Assembly: GCA_040753085.1 (NCBI GenBank)
Contig: JBFMHI010000002.1
Location: 4,087 to 68,086, forward strand
Source: a bacterium
GTDB lineage: Bacteria; UBA9089; JASEGY01
DNA length: 64,000 bases
Direction: 5' to 3'
Position numbers and translations under genes: made by a program. Positions 1 to 7,498 of the stretch are shown piece by piece. Position 1 is the first letter of the stretch. Each line of letters begins with the position of its first letter. Below the pieces are notes generated by a model. The model saw only the letters and a program-made list of their open reading frames with translations. It had not been told where the DNA came from and did not search any database.

Positions 1-1325
1 AGATTATTGAAATCAATAGGGCTGAAGGTAACATCCATTCCCAATCGCTTTAAATCAGTCTGAATAATGGTTCCGATATCTTTTCTTACCGTGTTCTCAG
101 CATTAGTAAGAAGGGTAAACTTTATGGGATTACCCAGTCTGTCCTCTTTAATTCCATTACCGTCTTGATCTTTATACCCGGCTTCGGACAGGATTCTGGC
201 GGCCATATCAAGATCATAATCGTAAGTAGTCACCTTCGGATTAAAGAAGGCTACCGCCGCTTTGCTCATAGCCGCGGTTTGGGGGTAACCCAGGCTGTTA
301 AAGATATTATTTATGATGGTCTCTTTGTCTAGGGCATAAGCGACCGCCTTTCTGAAGGTCAGATCAGTAAACCAATCTATCTTGGGAGACTTAACCCGAT
401 AAGGATTTTGATTAAAACAGATAAAGTTGGTCCCAAAGGCCGGACCACAATTATAGAGGGTAAAATTGCCTTCCTTTTCTTTACGCTTCAAGTGGGTATA
501 GTCCTTTGACCTCACCCCGATAATATCCAGTTCACCAGACTCAAAATTGACTAACTCCACATCCTGATTTTCTACAATCTGGACGACTATTCGCTCCAGA
601 TAAGGAAGCCTGTTTCCCTCTTTATCCTTCTTCCAGTAATTGGGATTACGCTCGTAAACGAGGCGTTCATCCTGCCGAAATTCTACCATTCTAAATGGAC
701 CGGTGCCAATAAGTTTAGACGGATCAGTATCCACTCCCCAGGTGGAATTAAACCGTTTCTCCTCCACGGCCGGTCTTAGAACATGCTCTGGAAGGATAGC
801 CTGTCCCAGATACCGGAGCAAAGGGACAAAGGGTTTGGGCAGCCTGAAGACCACCGTATAATCGTCTACCTTCTCTATCTTGAATTTCTGTCCATCGATA
901 ATGAATATATCTCGGGAAGAAGACGGGATGGACTCGTTAAAGATGAGATCATTATAAGTAAAGATAACATCATCAGCCGTGAAAGGCTCACCATCGAACC
1001 AGACCACATCATCCCTGAGATGAAAGGTCCAGACCAGACCGTTTTCGCTAAACTCCCAGGATTTGGCCAGGCGGGGAATAACTTCCGTGGTTACCCCATC
1101 GGTTTCGGTCAGACCCTCAAAGAGGTAACCAATCGCACTGGTGGTCGAAGTCTCTTTGGCGATAATGTCATTAAATGACTTGGGGCCGGAAATGGTAGAA
1201 AGAACCAGGGTGCCGCCATACAGACCCTTTGGTTTTACCTCCGGGACCTCCTTTTTTTCTCCGGCACAACCGATGGCCATCAGAATAGACAAAATCAATA
1301 GCCAGCCTGTGGTTAACTGTTTCAT
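1..1325 (-). CDS. ABC transporter substrate-binding lipoprotein (family 5, peptide/nickel type); 3' end lies beyond the window start
   Basis: Own minus-strand translation from the ATG complementary to 1323-1325 gives MKQLTTGWLLILSILMAIGCAGEKKEVPEVKPKGLYGGTLVLSTISGPKSFNDIIAKE..., i.e. a signal peptide, a lipobox-like AIGC and SBP family 5-like sequence. The plus-strand track ORFs 783-1178 and 1141-1422 are antisense artefacts. Confidence 0.75.
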   Translation of the reverse strand, partial: MKQLTTGWLLILSILMAIGCAGEKKEVPEVKPKGLYGGTLVLSTISGPKSFNDIIAKETSTTSAIGYLFEGLTETDGVTTEVIPRLAKSWEFSENGLVWTFHLRDDVVWFDGEPFTADDVIFTYNDLIFNESIPSSSRDIFIIDGQKFKIEKVDDYTVVFRLPKPFVPLLRYLGQAILPEHVLRPAVEEKRFNSTWGVDTDPSKLIGTGPFRMVEFRQDERLVYERNPNYWKKDKEGNRLPYLERIVVQIVENQDVELVNFESGELDIIGVRSKDYTHLKRKEKEGNFTLYNCGPAFGTNFICFNQNPYRVKSPKIDWFTDLTFRKAVAYALDKETIINNIFNSLGYPQTAAMSKAAVAFFNPKVTTYDYDLDMAARILSEAGYKDQDGNGIKEDRLGNPIKFTLLTNAENTVRKDIGTIIQTDLKRLGMDVTFSPIDFNN

Positions 1326-1575
1326 TTTGATATTACCTCACTTCCCCTCTCTGTTTTTAAGCCCTTCTGGTAACTATTCAACCCCTAAGGCACAAAGATT
1401 ACAAATAATAGCCGTTCCGTGAGTTCTATTTCGGGCATACCAATAGGGTAGTTAGCGCCTCTCCCAAAACCGATAGCCGCGACCGTTAGGGAGCGGCTAC
1501 AGGCTCTTGCCCTCTATCCATCGGTAGTTGTCCTCTATCGGCTTTCATCGCGCCGAGGTTTGGGGATAGGCTCTT

Positions 1576-1604
1576 AATATACCTAAATCTTAAAGTTATG
1601 TCAA
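1576..1604 (-). promoter_or_regulatory. candidate sigma70 promoter for the SBP gene (TTGACA-17-TATATT on the minus strand)
   Basis: Reverse complement of 1599-1604 is TTGACA; reverse complement of 1576-1581 is TATATT; the spacer is 17 nt. Confidence 0.4.
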
Positions 1605-1660
1605 GTGAAAAAAACGACCTGGTCAATCGGCTTTCTAAACCGCTAAAACGATGAGGAGGA

Positions 1661-1696
1661 CTCTATGTGAAAAAAGCCGGGGGATGACTGAAAGTC
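1661..1696 (-). terminator. intrinsic-terminator-like hairpin (CCGGGGGATGACT-GAAA-AGTCATCCCCCGG) followed by a T-tract on the minus strand
   Basis: Perfect 12-bp stem with a GAAA loop at 1668-1696; the A6 run at 1661-1666 reads as U6 on the minus strand. Confidence 0.4.
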
Positions 1697-1873
1697 ATCC
1701 CCCGGCGCGCAGGCTAAGAGCCTATCCCACCTGCGCAAGCAGGAAATGCCCAATCAGCATACAACAAGGCTTCCCGGATGAACCATTATTGGCCAAAGAA
1801 GGCGGCAGAGGAGATTTTGGAGAAGATACAGGTGCAGGTGTAGGTATGTGTTTAGCAAGGTGTCGCATTTTAT

Positions 1874-1902
1874 ATTTGACAAAGGAGGATTTGTATAGTA
1901 TA
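1874..1902 (+). promoter_or_regulatory. candidate sigma70 promoter TTGACA-17-TATAAT upstream of the AAA+ ATPase gene
   Basis: ttgacaaaggaggatttgtatagtataat; consensus -35 and -10 hexamers with 17-nt spacing, about 50 nt upstream of the ATG at 1954. Confidence 0.5.
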
Positions 1903-1953
1903 ATCAATATAGTGAATAAAAAAAGACCTTTTTGTTCAGTATAATTATTTAAA

Positions 1954-3225
1954 ATGATAAAAGATGTAGTCTTAGAACACAAATTAGAGAAAGAGAGGCT
2001 TCTTTTGAAGGATTATATCTTACGAGAGAAGCTTGATTTTGCTAAAAAATTTTTGGATTCCACCCTGATAAAGATAATCACCGGACCAAGGAGAGCGGGG
2101 AAATCTATATTTTCACTTCTGCTCCTTAAGGCTAAAAATTTTGCCTATATAAATTTTGATGATGAAGCCATTTTGAAGATAAAGGATTATGATGATCTCA
2201 CAAAGTCAATCTTTGAGGTTTATCCTGAGACTGAGATTATTTTATTTGATGAGATTCAAAATCTACAAGAGTGGGAGCTATTTGTAAATAAACTTCAAAG
2301 AAGGGGGGTTAATCTAATCTTAACCGGCTCAAATGCCCGACTCCTAAATAAGGAGCTATCTACCCGCTTAACAGGAAGATATATCCCGATAGAACTCCTT
2401 CCCTTTGATTTCAAGGAGATTTTGCAGGCTAAAGGTTTTAATCTAAAAGAAGAAGATATTAATCTTGCCAGGACCAAGGCAAGGATTTTAAACTATCTGG
2501 AGGATTATCTTAAGAACGGTGGCTTCCCTGAGGTTGTAGTTACAAATTTAGAGCCAAAGATTTACCTTCAGACACTCTTTGATGCAACCCTTCTCAGAGA
2601 TATAGTTAAAAGATATAATCTTAGATTCCCTCAAAAGATTTATGAATTAGCCCTCTATTTAGCAGATAATTTTTGTAATGAATTCAGTTTCACGAGATTA
2701 AAGAATCTCCTGGAGTTTAGAAGCACAAATACACTTCAGAACTATCTAAAATATCTTGAAGAAGCCTATCTATTTTTCTCTTTAAACAGATTCTCCTTCA
2801 AAATGAAGGAGATAATTAAAACCCCAAAGAAGATATATCTTGTTGACAATGGTTTTATTCTGTCAAAGGCATCTCTATTTTCACAGAATTTAGGTAGATT
2901 GATGGAGAATTTGGTCTTTATAGAGCTTTTAAGAAGGGAATTCCGATTAAACGAGAGCCTCTTTTATTATAAGACAAGAAACAACAGAGAGGTTGATTTT
3001 GTTATAAGGGAGGGGCTAAAGATTAAAGATCTAATCCAGGTATCTTATGAGATTAGTGATTTTAAGATAAAAGATAGGGAGATAAGATCATTAGTTGAAG
3101 CAAGTAAGGAATTAGATTGTAATGAGCTATTGGTGATTACCTGGGATTATGAGAATGAGGAAAGATTTAAAGAAAAGAGGATTAGATTTCTTCCTTTGTG
3201 GAAGTGGCTTTTGTATACAAAATGA
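1954..3225 (+). CDS. AAA+ superfamily ATPase (COG1373-like, DUF4143-type C-terminus)
   Basis: 423-aa ORF with Walker A GPRRAGKS and Walker B ILFDEIQ; C-terminal region typical of COG1373 ATPases. Confidence 0.8.
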   Translation: MIKDVVLEHKLEKERLLLKDYILREKLDFAKKFLDSTLIKIITGPRRAGKSIFSLLLLKAKNFAYINFDDEAILKIKDYDDLTKSIFEVYPETEIILFDEIQNLQEWELFVNKLQRRGVNLILTGSNARLLNKELSTRLTGRYIPIELLPFDFKEILQAKGFNLKEEDINLARTKARILNYLEDYLKNGGFPEVVVTNLEPKIYLQTLFDATLLRDIVKRYNLRFPQKIYELALYLADNFCNEFSFTRLKNLLEFRSTNTLQNYLKYLEEAYLFFSLNRFSFKMKEIIKTPKKIYLVDNGFILSKASLFSQNLGRLMENLVFIELLRREFRLNESLFYYKTRNNREVDFVIREGLKIKDLIQVSYEISDFKIKDREIRSLVEASKELDCNELLVITWDYENEERFKEKRIRFLPLWKWLLYTK

Positions 3226-3247
3226 CAGTCAAGGAGGATGAGGGAAA

Positions 3248-3580
3248 ATGAGACTGACGCTTGAAGAGATAAGCGAGTTATCTACCGAAAGCTCTTTTGA
3301 AAGGGGCCAGGAATACTTCCAGGAAGGTCGGGTTACTGACCTGAAACAATTTGGTGATATGATCACGGCTACTGTAGCTGGTACAAAGGATTATGAAGTA
3401 ACAATCCATATAGATAAGGAGGATATTGAGGCTTCCTGCACCTGCCTTTATGATTGGGGATGTTATTGTAAGCATATTGCTGCCACTTTGATGGCGTTAT
3501 CCGAGGACTACCCAAAGATTGAAGAAGAAGGAAAGAAGGAAAAGAGAAAGGCGGTATATCAGAGTCAAAAATTTCCTTGA
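3248..3580 (+). CDS. SWIM zinc-finger domain protein; may be the N-terminal part of a frameshifted longer gene
   Basis: CTCLYDWGCYCKH matches the SWIM motif CxC-x7-CxH. The ORF ends in a purine-rich homopolymeric run (gaagaagaaggaaagaaggaaaagagaaagg), and ORFs in the two other frames follow at 3519-3728 and 3646-4410. Confidence 0.55.
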   Translation: MRLTLEEISELSTESSFERGQEYFQEGRVTDLKQFGDMITATVAGTKDYEVTIHIDKEDIEASCTCLYDWGCYCKHIAATLMALSEDYPKIEEEGKKEKRKAVYQSQKFP

Positions 3581-3645
3581 GGCAGCTTCAATCTACCAGG
3601 CATTATCCGAGGTCATCTCTGAGAATAAGGATGAGATAAAAACCA

Positions 3646-4410
3646 GTGCCACGACCTTCTTTTATCCACATTTACAACCAAGGGGCCAGTTCGGCTCTAA
3701 ATATTCATCTCATGGCTCAATACCTTAGAGAGAAAACCGGCCTGGATGTTGATATCCGAGGGAATCTTATTCCCACCCACGGCGACACCCAAAAATTAGT
3801 GGCTGAAGAGTTTGCTGGGGCAAAGATTGTTGACCCGCAGAAGAAGGGGCTAAATCCAGACCCGCTGTCGGCTGAGATTGAATATGAATCCAGGCTGCTT
3901 TCTGCTCAAAAGCCTTCCGGACTGCTTTATGATGGTTTCTGCGTGCAAGAGATATTTCGCAAGCTGATTCCTCAAATAGAACATAATCTAACCCATGCGC
4001 ATATCATATTTACTTCCCGGCTCTTTGGGACTTATGAAGACAACCGTTACCATGCCAGGATAGCTGTCTTTGGCATTCCTTCTATTATTTCTACTACCGG
4101 AATAGTTGAGGCGCCGGCCAAACCAAGAGAGTTTTACTTAAAAAAGGAGCTGGGGCAGGATCTAGCCAGGCTCAAAGAGGAATTTAAGGGCAGATTTATT
4201 GACTATGATGACCCGAGGCTGACTGAGGTGATGAAGGGGTATGTGATGCAGGCCCTTTTCTATCATGCCTTCGGTAATCCTTTTTGTGACGACCCTGAGT
4301 GCAGGCTTTACAATGCTCATTGGCAAGAGGAAGTAATCAAAGCCCAGCTTGAGGCCGAATATGAATTCTGTCCCCTTCATGAGCAGGCTTTATGGGAGGC
4401 AGCCAATTGA
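3646..4410 (+). CDS. hypothetical protein with a C-terminal Cys/His-rich motif (FCDDPECRLYNAHW...EFCPLHE); may continue the SWIM gene after frameshifts
   Basis: 254-aa ORF with no motif I can assign; it overlaps the 3519-3728 ORF in another frame, and the true start is uncertain (possibly M at 3712). Confidence 0.4.
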   Translation: MPRPSFIHIYNQGASSALNIHLMAQYLREKTGLDVDIRGNLIPTHGDTQKLVAEEFAGAKIVDPQKKGLNPDPLSAEIEYESRLLSAQKPSGLLYDGFCVQEIFRKLIPQIEHNLTHAHIIFTSRLFGTYEDNRYHARIAVFGIPSIISTTGIVEAPAKPREFYLKKELGQDLARLKEEFKGRFIDYDDPRLTEVMKGYVMQALFYHAFGNPFCDDPECRLYNAHWQEEVIKAQLEAEYEFCPLHEQALWEAAN

Positions 4411-5729
4411 ATAGACAGGCACTTAACAAAGATGGTGGAGAGATCAAAGAGAGGCTCAGGTGCTGGGAGTTTTATGATTGTGATAAAATAGAATGCCCTG
4501 CTTACCAAAATAAAGACCTTCCTTGTTGGCTTGTCTCAGGAACCCATTGTCGGAATGAAATCCAGGGTAAGTTCTACGATAAGCTTGAAGAGTGCGTTAA
4601 GTGCAGGGTCTTTCTTTCAGAAATGGATGGGGAAGAAGGCAGACAGGTCGTAGAAAAGGTGGTTAGTTCCCTCCATTCAATGGTGGCCAAACTGGAGGAG
4701 GAAGAAGAGCATCTGAAGTTAGAGAATATTTATCTAAAGAAAAGACTATCTAAAGAATATGCGCCCGATCTGGTGGTGGGAGCCAATAAGCAAATGGAAC
4801 AAATCTATAGTTTAATCACTAAAGTAGCCGTGACTGACTCGACCGTCCTGCTTACAGGTGAGACAGGTACGGGTAAAGGCCTCTTTGCCAGGGCCGTCCA
4901 CTATCATTCACCAAGATCAAGCCAGCCCTTTGTGCCCGTAAACTGTAGCACCCTGAGCGAAAGCCTCCTTGAATCCGAATTGTTCGGCCATGTAAAAGGG
5001 GCATTTACCAGCGCTACTTCTGATAAACATGGTCTATTCGAGCTGGCCAATAAGGGCACCTTCTTCTTTGATGAAATAGGCGATATTTCTCTGGCCATTC
5101 AGGGCAAATTGCTTGAAGTCCTCCAGGATAAAACTACAAAAAGGGTAGGGGGAACAAAGCCTGTAAAGGTAGATGTGAGGATAATCGCCGCGACCAACAA
5201 GGATATTGAAGCCCACGTGAAAGAAGGCCGGTTTCGGGAAGACCTCTTTTATCGATTAAATGTCTTCCCCATCCATCTGCCGGCTTTAAGAGAACGCAAA
5301 GAAGATATCCCCGCCCTGGCGGAATATTTTTTAGAAAAATTTAACCGGGAAAGAAAGAAGGGCGCCAAAGGTATTCATAAGAAGGCATTAAAAAAGCTGA
5401 TAGAATATGAATGGCCTGGCAATATCCGTGAATTTGAAAATGTTATTGAACGGGCGGTAATCTTAGCGGAGGAAGATCTTATCAGGCTTGAACACTTACC
5501 TATCTATATTAAAGGAAAAAGAGAAGGAACGGCCGCCGTTGAAGAGAAAGAAGTGATAAAAACCCTGGACGAATTAGAGAGAGAGCATATCTTAAGGGTG
5601 CTTAAGCTCACTTCCAACAAAAGGTCTGAAGTAGCTAAATTGTTGGGTATAGACCGAAAAACCCTTTATCGAAAGATAAAGGTATATAAGTTAGAAACAG
5701 CGGGGCATAATGTCCTACCTGTAGCATAA
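4392..5729 (+). CDS. sigma-54-dependent Fis-family transcriptional activator with an N-terminal 7-Cys domain
   Basis: Walker A GETGTGKG, GAFTSA variant of the GAFTGA loop, C-terminal Fis-type HTH (RSEVAKLLGIDRKTLYRKIK). The N-terminus reads CWEFYDCDKIECPAYQNKDLPCWLVSGTHCRNE...ECVKC. There is no receiver domain. Confidence 0.85.
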   Translation: MGGSQLNRQALNKDGGEIKERLRCWEFYDCDKIECPAYQNKDLPCWLVSGTHCRNEIQGKFYDKLEECVKCRVFLSEMDGEEGRQVVEKVVSSLHSMVAKLEEEEEHLKLENIYLKKRLSKEYAPDLVVGANKQMEQIYSLITKVAVTDSTVLLTGETGTGKGLFARAVHYHSPRSSQPFVPVNCSTLSESLLESELFGHVKGAFTSATSDKHGLFELANKGTFFFDEIGDISLAIQGKLLEVLQDKTTKRVGGTKPVKVDVRIIAATNKDIEAHVKEGRFREDLFYRLNVFPIHLPALRERKEDIPALAEYFLEKFNRERKKGAKGIHKKALKKLIEYEWPGNIREFENVIERAVILAEEDLIRLEHLPIYIKGKREGTAAVEEKEVIKTLDELEREHILRVLKLTSNKRSEVAKLLGIDRKTLYRKIKVYKLETAGHNVLPVA

Positions 5730-5863
5730 TGCCTCAATTGGTTATATCTTAATCAGTGATTCAGACATAAGGATTAAGAATTAGGTTATGAATAGAAATA
5801 ACAAGCTTTTGTAGAGGGCGCTTGTTTGGCAAGAGAATATTTATGTCGCCAATGATAGATACT

Positions 5864-5889
5864 GTAGGGGCAACCCCCTGGGGTTGCCC
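5864..5889. terminator. hairpin GGGGCAACCCCCTGGGGTTGCCC between convergent genes
   Basis: 10-bp GC-rich stem between the activator gene (plus strand) and the kinase gene (minus strand); no clear T-tract on either strand. Confidence 0.35.
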
Positions 5890-5890
5890 T

Positions 5891-7486
5891 TCAGACTGAG
5901 TGGTTACCTTCTGCCTTCATTACCCGGCGTAAAATCCGGTTTAGTTTTTCCGGTCTGTATGGCTTAGCGACCGTATCATAAAAACCGTAGTCTTTAAAGT
6001 CGGCCAGCACTGGATAGTCAGAGTAGCCGCTGGCTACAATCACTTTCACCTTGGGATCGATCTCGATCAGCTTGGAAATGGTCTCTTTCCCTCCCATCCC
6101 GCCAGGAACGACTAAATCTAAGATAACCGCATCAAAGGGCTGGTCGAATTCTTTGGCCTTTTGGTAGAGTTTAATGGCTTCATCTCCATCACAGGCTGTC
6201 TCTACATTATATCCAAAGGTCTCCAGGGCCTCCCTAATGATCTGTAAGATATCTTCTTCGTCGTCCATGAGAAGGATCTTTCCCTTTCCTTGGGCAGGCT
6301 CCTCGATCTCTTCCTCCTTTTCAATCACCGCCTCTTGGAAAGAGGCCGGGAGGAAGATGACAAAGCTTGTTCCCTTGCCAGGCTCAGACTCTACCTTAAT
6401 CTCTCCATTATGTCTGATAATAATAGAATGGGCGATGGCCAGTCCCAGGCCACTTCTTTTCTCTTTGGTGGTAAAATAGGGGTCAAATATATGGGGCAGA
6501 TATCCTTGCGAGATACCGGTTCCGTAGTCTCTTACCAGAATCTTTACATATTTGCCTTCTGCTAAAAGTGGTCTTTCTCCCAGTCTTATCTCTGTATTCT
6601 CTGCCCAAACCTCTATTCTACCGCCGGCCGGCTGGGCCTCTCTGGCGTTGACGATCAGATTGTTAAGGGCCTGAACAATCTGGGTTTGGTCACATTCGAC
6701 CGGCCAGAGGTCGTGGGAGATAGATAAATAGCACCGAAGATTAGAACCTGCCAGGCCAAAACCAACCGAATCCGTAATGAGCCTCGAGATAAAAACAGTC
6801 TCCTTGATCGGCGCGCCGCCTCTGGAAAAAGTAAGCAGTTGGTGGGTCAGGTTTCTGGCTTTATCCGAAGCCTTTTCCGCTTGATCCAACCTCTTAAAGA
6901 CCGCATCTCCAGGCCTTAGATCCATCTTGGCCAGGGCAATATTGCCCAGGATTACGGTCAGGATGTTATTAAAATCGTGGGCCAGACCTCCCGCCAGAAC
7001 ACCGATAGATTCGAGCCTTTGAATCTTCTCTCGCTGAAGCCTTTCTTCCATCTTCTTGCGCTCAGTAATGTCTCTGATAATCCCAATACTTCCGAGCAGC
7101 TTCTTATTCTTTTCTACGACAGGTCTGTCCCATTTCCCAAAAGAATGCAGCTCTGCCCAACAATAATCTGCTTCTTTATCTTTTAACCGGAGCCGCACCT
7201 CAAGGTTTTTAGTCATCCTCTCTACCGTCCGTCTCTCATCAAAAAACTTGGGGGAGTCTTCATCCCCGGTTATTCTTCCCTTGTATTTTGGTAAGGCCAC
7301 CAAGTGGCTGACATTCTCAAAATCATCAGGATGGATTATCTCCTTGAAGTGTTTCCCCATGAGTTCTTCCGGATTATAGCCTAATTGCCTGACGGCATTA
7401 TTTAGAAAGGTAAATCTTCCTTCGGCCTCAACCTCATACACTATATCCGGGATTGTTTGAATAAAGGTTCTGTATCTTTCTTCCAT
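5891..7486 (-). CDS. PAS-domain hybrid sensor histidine kinase / response regulator
   Basis: N-terminal PAS region, HisKA H-box LAHDFNNIL, HATPase_c region, C-terminal receiver (KILLMDDEEDIL...DAVILDLVVPGGMGG). Confidence 0.85.
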   Translation of the reverse strand: MEERYRTFIQTIPDIVYEVEAEGRFTFLNNAVRQLGYNPEELMGKHFKEIIHPDDFENVSHLVALPKYKGRITGDEDSPKFFDERRTVERMTKNLEVRLRLKDKEADYCWAELHSFGKWDRPVVEKNKKLLGSIGIIRDITERKKMEERLQREKIQRLESIGVLAGGLAHDFNNILTVILGNIALAKMDLRPGDAVFKRLDQAEKASDKARNLTHQLLTFSRGGAPIKETVFISRLITDSVGFGLAGSNLRCYLSISHDLWPVECDQTQIVQALNNLIVNAREAQPAGGRIEVWAENTEIRLGERPLLAEGKYVKILVRDYGTGISQGYLPHIFDPYFTTKEKRSGLGLAIAHSIIIRHNGEIKVESEPGKGTSFVIFLPASFQEAVIEKEEEIEEPAQGKGKILLMDDEEDILQIIREALETFGYNVETACDGDEAIKLYQKAKEFDQPFDAVILDLVVPGGMGGKETISKLIEIDPKVKVIVASGYSDYPVLADFKDYGFYDTVAKPYRPEKLNRILRRVMKAEGNHSV

Positions 7487-7498
7487 CCCCCTACTCCC

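Noticed and set aside
783-1422. Plus-strand track ORFs 783-1178 and 1141-1422
   Set aside because: They are antisense to a much better minus-strand gene (the ABC substrate-binding lipoprotein with signal peptide) and have no recognisable features.
5730-5890. Possible small ORF or sRNA between the convergent sigma-54 activator and kinase genes
   Set aside because: Only a GC hairpin without a T-tract, no promoter-like hexamers and no ORF longer than 30 codons; treated as a convergent terminator region only.
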